Below, in pieces: positions 24,486 to 37,208 of a DNA stretch of 64,000 nucleotides. The position numbers and the translations under genes were made by a program. A model generated the notes under the pieces. The model saw nothing but the letters and a program-made list of their open reading frames with translations. It searched no databases and had not been told where the DNA came from. How positions within the stretch are numbered: the stretch's first letter is position 1; every line of letters starts with the position of its first letter. This stretch comes from Lama guanicoe (taxonomy: Eukaryota), in contig MU054323.1 of NCBI GenBank assembly GCA_013239625.1, positions 18,246,819 to 18,310,818 on the forward strand. Direction: 5' to 3'.

Positions 24486-27400
24486 GCATGAAAAGATGGG
24501 CAAAATCATTAGTTATCATAGAAATTAATTGCTACTTAGTAATAAGATCAACTTTTGACATACACAGTAACAGATGAATCTCAAAAACATGCAGAATTAA
24601 AGAAGCTAGATACAAAGAGTACATATTATATAATTCCATTTATACAAAATTTGAAAACAGACAAGATTAACATATGATAATGAAAGCCAGACAGTGATTT
24701 TTCTCTCTAGGTGCAAGGCAGTAACTGAGGAAAAAAAGAGAAGGGACCACTGTTGTTGCAGAAATGCTGTATATCTTAATTAAGGTGGTGGTTACTGGGT
24801 GTATACAGTTGTCAGACTAATCAGACTTTAAAATTAACAACTGTGCTTTTTATTAAATGTTAATCACAGCCACAAAAACAGAGAAATGGAAAAAAATAAA
24901 TGATAAAACAAGTTGTAAATGTTAATATAAATTATGAGCATATACATAATTTCTCAAAATATAAAGTACTCATGAAAACTGAAAAAAAAAATAGAAAACT
25001 CAATGGTTGAGATAAGAGCTGAGCTAAAGGCAGTTAAAAGCAGACCAGACAATGTAGAGGAACAAATAAATGACTTAGAATACAGGTTAACAGAAGTCAC
25101 CCAATCAGAACAGCAGACAGAAAAGCAAGTAAAAACCAATGAAAACAATGTAAGGGATACATGGGATAATATAAAGTGTGCCAATCTATGCATCATAGGG
25201 GTCCCAGAAGAAGAATGAACAAAGGAGATTGAAAAGGTATTTGAAGAAATCATGACTGAAAATTCCCAAACCTAAAGAAGCAATCAGATATCCAAGTACA
25301 GGAAGAAAAGAGGGTCCCCAACAAGAAGAACCAAACAGACCTCCACCAAGACGTATTATAGTTAAGATGGCCAAGGTTAAAGATAAAGAAATGATTCTAA
25401 AGGCATCAAGAGAAAAACAAAGATTTAATTACAAGGCAACCCCCATAAGGCTTTCAGCTAATTTCTCTGCACAATAACTACAGGCCAGAAGGGAGTGGAA
25501 AGATATATTCAAAGTTCTGAATGAGAAAAAGCTGCAACCTAGGATACTTTATCCAGCAAGGCTATCCTTTAGAATAGAAGGAGAAAGAATTTCACAGAGG
25601 GACAAGCAAAAACTCAAAGAATTCAGCAATACTAAACCAATGCTAAACGAAATAGTGAAAGGCTTACTCTAAATAGTAAAGAAGCAGGATGCTATAGAAA
25701 GGAGAACACCATAATTGGAAAGGCACTAACTATAACGAGTTGGAACAGAATAAACATGAAGATGTAAAAGAGAACATCAAAATCAAAATCATTAAAGATG
25801 GGAGAAGGGAGCAAAAAAATACAATTTTTTTTCTTTTTTTCATTCATTTTAGGATCTATGTGAGTTTATGACTATCAATTTAAAGCAAACAGATATACTA
25901 ATGGGTTAATACACTTGAAAAACAGGGTAACCACAAGTCCAAAGCATACAATAGTCACAAAACCCAAAAAGAAACCAAGATAATGCAGAAGAAAATTGTC
26001 AAACCACAAAAAGAAAAAAGAACAAAGAGGAAATACCAAATCAACTGTAAAACTAAGTTCAAAATGACAATAAACACACATCTATCAATAATTACCATAA
26101 ATGTCAATGGACTAACATGCTCCAATCAAAAGACATAGAGTGGCAGCTTGGATAATAAAGCAAGAATCTACATTATGCTGCATACAAGAGACCCACTTTA
26201 GGGAGCCAGGACACACACAGACTGAAAGTGAGAGGATGGAAAAAGATATTTCATGCAAATAGAAATGACAAGAAAGCAGGAGTAGCAATGCTAATTTCAG
26301 ACAAAATAGACTTTAAAACAAAGGCCATAAAGAAAGATAAAGGACATTATATAATGATTAAAGGAGCAATACAAGATGAGGATATTACACTCATTAACAT
26401 ATATGCAGATCTTCCAGGGAGAAAATCAGTAAGGCAATGGAGAAACTAAATGACACAGTAACAGTTAGACTTGATTGATATTTTTAGGACAATATAGCCC
26501 CCCAAAACAGAATATACATTCTTTTCAAGTGTGCATGGAACATTCTCTAGGATAGATCATGTACTCAGGCACAAAAGAAGCCTCAACAAATTTAAGAGGA
26601 CAGAAATTATTTCAAGCATCTTTTCTGACCACAATGGCATGGAACTAGAAGTTAACCACAGAAAAACAAATGAGAATAAAACAACAGCATGGAGATTAAA
26701 CCACATGCTACTAAAAAAACCAATGGGTCAATGATGAAAGAGAAGAAATTAAAAACACTGAGACAAATGACAATGAAAACACAACCACACAAAATCTATG
26801 GGATGCAGCAAAAGCAGTCCTATAAAGGACGTTCATAGCGACACAGGCCAAAAACGAAGAATGATCTCAAGTGAAAAACCCAACCTATAACCTAAAAGAA
26901 TTAAAGAAACACAAACAAAACCTAAAGTCAGCAGAAGGAAGGAAATAATAAAGGTCAGGGAAGAGATAAATAAGCTAGAGATACAAAAATAATAGAAAAA
27001 CAATCAATCAAACCAACAGCTGTTTTTTTTTTGAAATAGTAAACAAAATTGACAAACCTCTGGCCAGGCTAAGAAGAAAAGAAAGGACACAAACAAAATA
27101 AGAAAGGAAAATGGAGAAAGTACAACCAATACCACAGAAATATTAAAAAAAAAAAAACAAAACCTTTAAGAGAATACTATGAACGACTATATGGCAACAA
27201 ATTGGACAACCTAGAAGAAATGGACAAGTTTCTGGAAACATACAGTCCACCAAGACTGAATCAAGAAAAACAGACCACTTGAACAGACCGATCCTAGAAA
27301 TGAAATAGAATTAGCAATAAAAAACCTCCCTGCAAACAAAAGTCCAGGACCAGATGGCTTCACTGGGGAATTTTACCGAACACACAAAGAAGAACTAACT

Positions 27401-30400
27401 CGTGCTGGTCCTTCTCAAACTCTTCCGAAAGACTGAAAAGGAGGGAGTACTTCCAAACTCATTCTATGAAGCCATCATCACCCTGATACCAAAACCAGAC
27501 AAAGACACTATCAGAAAAAATTACAGGCCAATATCACTGATACTGATAATCCTCAAGAAAATATTAGCAAACAGAATGCAACAGCACATAAAAAGGATCA
27601 TACACCATGACCAGTAGGATTCATCCCAGGGACACAAGGATGGTTCAACATATGCAAATCAATCAATGTGACACACCACATCCACAAAAGAAAGGTCAAA
27701 AACACATGATCATCTCAACAGATGCAGAAAAAGCATTTGATAAACTTCAACACCCATTTATGATAAAACCTCTTACCAAAGTGGGTATAGAGGGAACATA
27801 TCTCAACATAATAAAAGCTATTTATGACAAACCCACAGCCAGCATAATATTCAACAGTGAAAAACTTAAAATCTGGAATAAGACAAGGATGCCCACTCTC
27901 ACCACCTCTATTCAACACAGTCTTAGATGTCCAAGGCATGGCATCAGGCAATAAAAAGAGATAAAAGGGATCCAAATTGGAAGAGAAGAGGTAAAATTGT
28001 CACTATATGCAGATGACATGATATTATATACAGAAAATCCTAAAAGCTCCACACAAAAATTACTAGAGCTAATAAAAGAATTTGGTAAGGTAGCAGGATA
28101 CAAGGTTAACATACAAATATCAGTTGCATTTCTTTACACTAACAATGAATAAGCAGGAAAAGGAAGTAAAGAAACAATCCCCTTTAAAATCACATCCAAA
28201 ACAATAAAATACTCAGGAATAAATCTGACCAAGGAGGTGAAAGACTTATACATGGAGAACTACAAAAATTTAATTAAGGAAATTAAAGATGACTTAAAGA
28301 AATGGAAAGGTATCCCATGCTTTTGGATTGAAAGAATCAGTATCATTAAAATGGCCATACTGCCCAAGGCAATCTACAGATTTAATATAATCCCTATCAA
28401 ATTATCCAGGGCATTTTTCACAGAACTAGAACAAACAATCCTAAAATTTATATGGACTCACAGAAGACCCAGAATTGCTAAAGCAATATTGAAGAAAAAG
28501 AATGAAGCTGGAGGAATAACCCACCCAGACTTCAGACAATACTGCAGAGCTACTGTAATCAAAACAGCATGGTACTGGTACAAAAACAGACATATGGACC
28601 AATGGCACAGAATAGAGCGCCCAGGAATAAACCCACAGACCTATGGTCAATTAATCTTTGACAAAGGAGGCAAGAATATACAGTGGAGAAAAGACAGTCT
28701 CTTCAGCAAATGGTGTTGGGAAATCTAGACAGCAGCATGTAAATCAGTGAAGTTAGAACACAGCTTCACTCCATACACAAAAATAAACTCAAAATGGCTT
28801 AAAGACTTAAATATAAGACAAGACACAATAAATCTCCTAGAAGAAAACATAAGCAAAACATTCTCTGATATAAATCTTAGCAATTTTCTCCTAGGGCAGT
28901 CTACCTCAGCAATAGAAATAAGAGCAAAAATAAACAAATGGGACCTAATTAAACTTATAAGCTTTTTCACAGCAAAGGAAACCATAAGCAAAACAAAATG
29001 ACAATGGAATGGGAGAAAATATTTGCAAGTAATGCAACTGACAAAGACTTACTTTCCAGAATATATAAATAGCTCATACAGCTTATGAACAAAAAACCAA
29101 ACAACCCAATCCAAAAATGGGCAGAAGCCCTAAACAAGCAATTCTCCAGTGAAGACATACAGACGGCCAATAGGCACATGAAAAAATGCTCAATATCACT
29201 AATTATTAGAGAAATGCAAATTGAAACTACCATGAGGTTATCACCTCACACCAGTCAGAATGGCCATCATTCAAAAGTCTATGAACAATAAATGCTGAAG
29301 AGGGTGTGGAGAAAAGGGAACCTTCCTACACTGTTGGTAGAAATGCAGTTAGGTGCAGTCATTATGGAAAACAGTATAGAGATTCCTCAAAACATTAAAA
29401 AATAGACCTACCATATGATCCCGCAATCCTACTTCTGGGTATATATCCATAGGGAACTCTAATTTGAAAAGATACATGCATCCCAATGTTCATAGCAACA
29501 CTATATACAATAGCCAAGACAATGTCCATCGACAGATGACTGGGTAAAGAAGATGTATATTTATACAATGGAATACTATTCAGTCATAAAGAGTAACATA
29601 ATGTCATTTGTAGCAACATGGATGGACCTAGGTATCGTCATTCTAAGTGAAATAAGCCAGAAGGAGAAAGAAAAATACCATATAATATCACTCATATGTG
29701 GAATCTTAAAAAAAAAAGAAAAAAAAAGACACTATGAACTCATCTACAAAACAGAAACAGATTCAGAGGAAACAATCTTATGGGTACCAGGGAAACAGGG
29801 TGGGAAGGGATAAATTCGGAGTTTGAGATTTATGAATGTTAGCTACTATATATATAAACAGGTTTAAAAAGTTTCTTTTATATAGCACAGGGAACTATGT
29901 TCAGTATCTTGTAATAACCTTTAATGAAAAATATGAAAATTAATGTATGTATATGCATGACTGGCTCATTATGCTGTACACCAGAAATTGACACATTGTA
30001 ACTCACTGTACTTTAATTTAAAAAATAAAATAAAAATTAAAAAAAAACAGAAAAAAAGAAGGGCACAGTATGGAAGATAAAATAATTTCCCTGTGTGCAG
30101 AAAGCAAATTTCAGATACTTGAGCGCCTCTTTGTTTGGAAACTAAAATGACAAAGAAAAATAAATGTAACATACAAAAATAAATATACAAATAAAATATG
30201 AAAGACAGATACAAGATTGCAAATGGATGTTGGGATTGTATGGTTCCTTTTTTACTTATTAATATTTCCTATTATATTTATGAAGAATGTATGTATTACT
30301 TATGTTATTAAAAGGCTCCTGAATATACATTAAAACATAGTCTCATTTAAATAATAGGGCCTGTCTGGGAAGAGAGGGTTGATTTTCAGCCTTTTCTGGT

Positions 30401-33400
30401 CCTTTCAGTCGTCAGGGGATGGTAGTCAGGTCCTTAGGTGGAAGGTATCATACATGCTACACACCAAGTAGGTACATTTCAAAGGGTGAGGAGGGGGTGG
30501 AAGAGATGAAGAAAATATTTCCTAGAGTCCAGAGTCAGGAAGGAGAGGCCATAAAGCGGAACAAGAATCCTAAAAAAAAACAAACAAAGCACTGTAGAAG
30601 TTTTCCCAGGGCCGGCTGTGAGGGGAAGAAATGTGTGTGTCTTGGTTTCCTGCCAGCCATGCCTGTCCAGCAATGAAGGTCTACAGAGCAAGACCAAAAT
30701 CCTCTCTTAATTTTGTATTTTGTGTTACAGCAACTTATTTACCAACAGTATATTTTATTGACTTTGACTCACAGAACTGCTTTGCATATTCACTCGACCT
30801 TACAATTACTTTTTACAAGCTTGATAAGAGACTCGTGCCTTGAGATGCCTGGGAAGGGATGGCACGCCCATCATTTGGACTTTACTAGAGATACAATTTC
30901 TAATGCGAAGATCAGAGAGTAAGGGGTAGGACTGCATCCAAGCTGCTAAGACTACGTGATGAGGCTGAGCTCTAATGTCAAGTTTTGTCCTTGTCTCTCT
31001 CCCAGGCACCTAGGACAGCTCTTAGTATTTGATAAATACCTTTTGATAATCAGCTCTTACTTTTACAGCATCTTACAGTTTCTAGAGCACTGCCACAGGT
31101 GTTACACTCTTTGCTCTTCCTGACAATTCTGAGGTGTCGGGGTGGCTGGGAACAGGACCATCAGCGCCAATTTTTCAGGGGAGGAAACTAAAGCTCTGAA
31201 GGGCGGGTGGAACGTGAGTGCAGGAGGTGGGATTAGAATCCACATTCTCTGATGCCTGGTGCCCAGGTCTTCCTGCTGTAAGCTCACGTCTAGGATCCTT
31301 GATCACATCCTGTTCTTGCCAGATACTACCCCGTGTTCTGAACCTAACACATGCAGATTGCCAAACTGTACCAGACCTGCTGTGGATATCAAAGAAATAA
31401 TTAGACAAATGTACTTTTTAAACCACGATACTGTGCAAATGTAGTCACTCTTTTGTGCTAAATGTAAAAGCTCTGCCCTTGTGACAGCAAAATGAATCAG
31501 TGATGCTTTGGTGTGGATCAGTGGTTGGATATTCCAACGTTGTGACTAACCCGGAATCTCTAGATTGGGCGGACAGAGGGCATTAGGGAGAGACACCCAG
31601 GGCACCGAGGTACTGCCTGGTAGGAACAGACAGAGTACAAGCTGCCAGAGAGAGAAGGGAAACACCAGACCATTCAGAGGCACTGTATCAAGTGGGGAGT
31701 CCCAGGAAAAAACACTTGTCCTAGTTTCTCGGACTAGAACTGCCTGGTAAGTCCGCACGGGGAGAGTCAGAGGTTTAGGTGATCAGGTGATTCATCACCT
31801 GTTAGTGGTACAGGGGGCCACAGCACCCTACTAAAGTCCCACCTGCATATACACACTCTCTCTCGATTCCGTGATCCTGTTTTTTTTTTCTTCTCGATAT
31901 TCATCCTCACTGCGATCTGAATGTTATCGTATTTTTGTTAAGTATCTGGCTTCACGGGAGTCAACAGCAGCTGCCTTTTTTATCCCTCTAACCACCGTGT
32001 AGAACAGGGCTGAGCACTTAGTAGGTGCCCGCTAAACATTTGTGGAAGAAATGAATGAAAACGAATGCAGAATGGCCTTGAAGCCTATGCCTTGCCGCTG
32101 TATCATCTTGCTGCCTTTTAATTTTTAAAAGCGGGTGTGAATATCCTTTTCCATGTCTAGTGAATGGTGGAGAGGGAAGAGCACTGGAACGTTTGATGAT
32201 CAAGAGTGCCGCACGGCCTCAGGGACTCAGTTCAGGATACCTAGGCAGCCGCTGGCATCACCTGTCAGACACAGTTTTTTATTTTGATCGCTACTTGCCG
32301 CTAATACCCCACCATAGACTCAGCTCAAGTGTAGAAGTTGGAGAAGACTGGGCTTCACGCTTACTCTCAGGACCAAAATCACTCTGCACAGCAGAAGCCT
32401 CGGGCTGACGCTGCCCTCCTCTGAGCAGCCTGAACTGCCGGCCTTTTTGACAAGGGGGTTAATTTAGGGGTGTGTTGGTCTGCCGTATTTCAACCATCTG
32501 AAGTATCACCATTTGTGGAATTGTTCAGAAAAGGACATTTTCCCCAATCCTCGTGCACATTTGTGGTTTTGTTTTGCAGCTAACTCAGGAATGAGCAGGT
32601 ATCGTCAGTCCTCTGCTGGGCCCATGTGCAGACCCCGGGGGGGATCGTTTCAGTAAGAACCACAGCCAGTCCGGCTTGTTATCTCAACCCGGAGCTTCTA
32701 CAGGGCTAACCTAACAACAGCGTGAGGTTTACGAAGGACCTTCAGAGGGCCGGGGAGTCGGAGAAGGGGAACAATACACAATTCCCTGATTGTAAGTAAC
32801 AGAGCTAAAATAAGCCGTTTTCTCCTTGTGCACAAAAGGCTGGATTTATAGGTGCTGAGCTGAACAAAGGTTATCACATATGGTCACCAACAGATTAGGC
32901 ATTTCTAGATCATGTGGCTGAACCATATAAAGCATCTTATGGATTTAAATCCCTTTCTGGAAGAAACTGGAGGACAACCAGTAATACACAGCTCACGTCT
33001 CCTTCCTGGGACAAGATGGGAGGCAAGGACAGGGTGCTGAGCCGCCACGGTGGCATTCCAGCGGGCGTCAGGCATCCATGCCCAGCGCCGTGACTTCATG
33101 GCTGTAACACGCGCTACCCCCTACAGATACTGAAATTCTTTCCCAGTCACGTTGCATGACTTGCCTTTTAAATTGCCTTAGCCTTCTCTTCTAAAAATAC
33201 CAAAGGGCCTTAAATTCAGTTTTGTTGCTCATGAGGTACCTATGGCATGGCAATTCAGTTATTTTTTTTTTAATAGCCCAGTTTTTTTAAGTTTAGTGAC
33301 AATGTGTCATTCTTTGTGCAGGGAGATCATGCACCTCTGTTCTATAAAGGCTTAGTCTCTACTCCTGACCATTTCCACGGATTTGAATTGATCTGAGGGG

Positions 33401-33799
33401 CCAACAAGGTGACACCGAAGGCCATGGATGAGAACAAGCAGCTCAAAGTTGCCTCCTTAGCCCCATGTTGTGATCAACCGACTGAAGGTCATTTAGTTAT
33501 TTTTACTTATTTTTATATCATTAAACATGGGGTGTGACCCCAATTCATAAGGCTAATTCTAAATATCACTGTGTGATATTCTCTCCTAGCAATTCCTACT
33601 GTATGAGCCAAGGCTCCTGCTGGTGGGAGGGGAGGGGGATTGTTTCAAAAGGTGCACAAATCCACACACGCACCAAGCAAAGAGGACCAAAGCATCTCAC
33701 GCTTGTAGCTTGCAATTGTCTGCAGATATTTTGTGATGAATAAAATAAAATGTTACAATCTCACAGAATCCATGGTAGATCACTAACATTATGAATAAA

Positions 33800-34128
33800 C
33801 TAAAGTAAATTAATATCATGCAGAGAATCCGTGGCGTTTTCACCAATAAAAATTGTTAAATACTGAGCAAAGACAACTCTGTTGAGTCAGAAAGTGCATT
33901 AGCGGGTGTCTGGGGCTGGAGGTGGGGACGGGAGTACCTGCGTGTGGCCACGAGGGAGCTTACCGGGGTGATGGGACACTGTAGATCTGGATCAGGGTAA
34001 TGGCTGCACAATACAGTAAATTTACCAAAAAAACCCAAAAAACCAAACCCCCCAAAATCACTGAATTTTACACTTCAAGTGGGTGAAGATTATGGTATAT
34101 AAATTATGTCTCAATAAAGTTGCTTTAA
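33800..34128 (+). mobile_element. Old L1 (L1MB/MC-like) 3'UTR end
   Basis: Ends with ...cacttcaagtgggtgaagattatggtatataaattatgtctcaataaagttg, a typical old L1 3' terminus. Confidence 0.7.
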
Positions 34129-37053
34129 AATGCAGGCTGAGGCCTGAGTTTGAAAGAAAAAAACCCAAACAGTGACCCTTGAGATTCTCATTTTCATGAC
34201 CATAAATTCACATGTGCAACGGGAGAAACTAAAGTCATTCCCTGTGTATCATTTACTTGTCACTCATCGGAGACCCACACTTCTGTTAATCCTCACGGAG
34301 GAAAAAGGCTTAACACACTTCCCCGGCACGCAGTGCTCACTCCCTTTGGTGTCCTCCTTGAGAGGGAGAAGAGGACGTTTACGTTCACAACACACGTCCA
34401 CAGTACCAACCCTCCAAACATGAAACACACACGCACACACACCCCTGTAGAGCAAGCTTCTGCCAAGTGTCCCTGCTTGGGCTGACCTAGAGATCATAAG
34501 AAGACCAGCTCCCCTTCTCTTCGGAGATGACTTTTGCAGGACTGAGTGAAGGTGGCTGGCGGGGGATTGGGGCACCAATTCTCCAACTGCCGAGTTTTGG
34601 ATGAGGCATGGCAGACGCCAAGTAGCCCTGCTCCCTGGTCCCCATCCTGGTAAGGAACATCGTTGTTCTCATCCCAGTCCCTGCCCAGCCCTGTGCTCAC
34701 TGCCAGGTGCCCATGCAGTGATGCCCTTTGAGAAAAACAGGATTGCAATCGCCAACCACGAAACTTAAAAAGGACTGAGTACAAACTCTTCTCTTGAGCA
34801 GAGAGAATAAAGGATACAAAAAAAACAAAAAAACCAAAAAACTGAAGGGAGCTTTCCAAGGTTTGTATAAAATGCTTCTGGGCCTTCTGCATACCGTCTA
34901 CTCCCCAGTGTTTTTTAAGTTTAGGAGAATAGGCCATTCATGGTGCAAATCTTGTGAAATCTGTGTCTGGCCTTCCTTCATTTTGCTCTGTCCTTATAAA
35001 TTTTTGCTTTTGTGTGTTTCCCTCAACTCTAATGACGTCACCCATTCGTGGGAAAGTGCACTGGAAAGTATGGAGCGTTTTACCCCCAGACAGCTTCTCA
35101 CTGGCCTGAGGTTAAGATAAAGTTCCATGGAAAGACATTTGAGCGATTAGGGTGGCCTGGGGCTGCTCCTCTGGCCATGTCCCTGGGTGGCTCTGCCTCT
35201 TGGCCCACCTACAGACCGGAGGGCCCATTTTCAGCAGTCCTGACCTTTCCTAGCAGCAAAGAAACTGACTGCTTATTAGCGTATTTGAAGACCAAATATA
35301 CGTGGTCTTTAGGGTCCTCTTGGGAGAGGGGACACCACAGCATGGGGAAACCTTGGCTCAGGGAAAAGTCATTCGGTTTTCATTTCCATGTAGGCTGATG
35401 CGAAATGTTAATCATCCCATTTAATACACACACATTGGAGCTCTGGCACTTCCTTCTCAATCTGTGCTGAGCTGAAAATGCGCATCTGGAGAATAAAGCT
35501 CAGAGAGAGTCAGTGAAATTGCAGGAAACAGGAACGCGTTTGGGGATGTCCACCTCACCAGAATCCTTAGTAGAAAATAAAAACAGGCCGACAATTTTGA
35601 CTTCCTATTTTTTCAGTTGCGGCAACATCATGGAGCTGAACACTACGAGAGCGCTAAGCTCATTTCTCAGGACATTAAAGTAGAAGAAGAAGGAAAAAAA
35701 AAGAGATGGAACATTTTTGTTGCGTCAACTCCATGCGTGGCCCTGCACTGGGTACTTTATAAACGTGTTCTCATGTAATCCTCAACCCTGTGGAGTCGAG
35801 TTCCATGGCCCCATTATTCAGGTTAAGAAACTAAAGCAGAGAGAAATTAAGCAATTTGCCTCTGAGGATGTCATACCTCCAGGAAGCAGGAGTGGGTGGG
35901 TTTGAATTCAGGTCTATCTGAATCTAAGTTCACGTTCGTTTATCCTCTGGTGGTGCATATTCAGTAACACGGCACTGACATGATTTTGTGTAATCTTTCT
36001 GAGATTGAGACTGTTAACAAGTTCGTCTGGGAGTCTAGCCATGCAAACCCCAAATCTATGGGTGAAGTCGGAGGGAAGGAGAAGAAATGACTGCATCAAT
36101 CAGATGCCCACCACTCCAGGGTGGCTCAGATGACTGGGGGAATTCAGAACGACTGGGGACAATTTCCCTTGGGAACAGTCTTGTTTTGGGTGGGGTGCTG
36201 CTGTGTTCCCTTCCAACTCCATCTCTTCGGCTAAGTCGGGGGCAGACCGAGTGTTATTACAGACAGATGCTTTGGACAGTAACCTCTAGTGAGCCCACTC
36301 TGGGGGCTCCAATTTCTGTCGAAGACTGGGGTTTGACTTTCAAAGTTGCTGGTGTCTTTGGAGGACGTGACAGCTGAGAGCATCCCCAATATGCTCTTCT
36401 TGGGCCCCACTGACCCCAGAGCCTGAGCAGCCGCCTATCACAGGATCTTTGGTCCAGGCCCTGAATGAGCTCATCTCCCTTGTGGTCACGTCCATCAGCA
36501 GCACATGGCTGTGCTGGTGAAGATTATCTTGGCATGCTATTTTTTGCCAGCTAGGTCAGAGCTGAACATGTTTAAATGAGTCTCCAGTTGGCTTATTGTT
36601 TAAATTTTTACATGTAGGAAATATTAAAAATCTACAAGTACAGAATTAAGTCTTTATTCATTTCTGAGGGTTTTTGAGGCATGGCCTCTACTAGGTGTTT
36701 GATGTCAAAGGGGAAGATGACAATGTGTGACCTCAAGGAACTTGAATATAATCCACTGTTACATGCTTTAAAAATGGAAAACACTAAAATTAAGGCAAAA
36801 AGAGAAATGAATAATTTCCCAAAAAATTGTAAGCTCTATGGGAAAGAGCGTACGCAATGCTTACTTCGAAAATAAATCCAAAGTAGAATGATAGAGTAGT
36901 TACATACCAGATACCAAACACCACGATTTACCATTAATACAAACTTCGACTAAATAACAGGCAAGTCACTTCTCTCTAAGCCTTAATCTTCTCATGCAAC
37001 AGGCTACTGGTGCTCATGCTCCTACATGCTGTAAAACGGCCTTCACCACCCCA

Positions 37054-37208
37054 TACAGCCATGGGTGTCGTATCCCACGTGTCTCCCGGGTGTCCTTTAG
37101 ATGGTGGTGACCCCTTGGGATTGCACCGCATGAGCCGTGCCACCATCTAAGCTACTTTAGGGCCCACTGGGAAATAAAGCGGTGGGCCGTAACACATCGT
37201 GCTTGTTA
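37054..37208. mobile_element. Palindromic non-autonomous DNA transposon (MITE-like) remnant
   Basis: Perfect inner inverted repeat TTAGATGGTGG (37097-37107) / CCACCATCTAA (37140-37150). Degenerate outer inverted repeats are bounded by TA. Confidence 0.45.

Larger units (their letters stand above)
21668..24986 (+). other. 3.3-kb captured genomic segment inside ORF1 of L1 C (candidate orphan transduction or retrocopy)
   Basis: Not C sequence. Consists of a unique 5' end plus old repeat fragments and ends TATAAA...A10. Flanked by a 124-bp duplication of ORF1 sequence (21544-21667 and 24987-25110) that begins at TT/AAAA. Confidence 0.8.
19793..30055 (+). mobile_element. L1 element C: full-length, intermediate age, both ORFs broken, ORF1 interrupted by a 3.3-kb insert
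   Basis: Has a G-run 5' start, ~1.5-kb 5'UTR, ORF1 pieces (about 21340-21667 and 24987-25670), ORF2 remnant (about 26064-29710), 3'UTR and an A-rich tail. TSD AAGAAGGG(T/C)ACAGTATG at 19776-19792 and 30056-30072, 16/17 match. Confidence 0.95.

Noticed and set aside
33304..33340. Resemblance to reverse-complement U6 snRNA (gtgtcat.ctt.g.gcaggg...catgc)
   Set aside because: Only ~35 nt, gapped and degenerate. At most an old fragment, and not supportable as an RNA gene.
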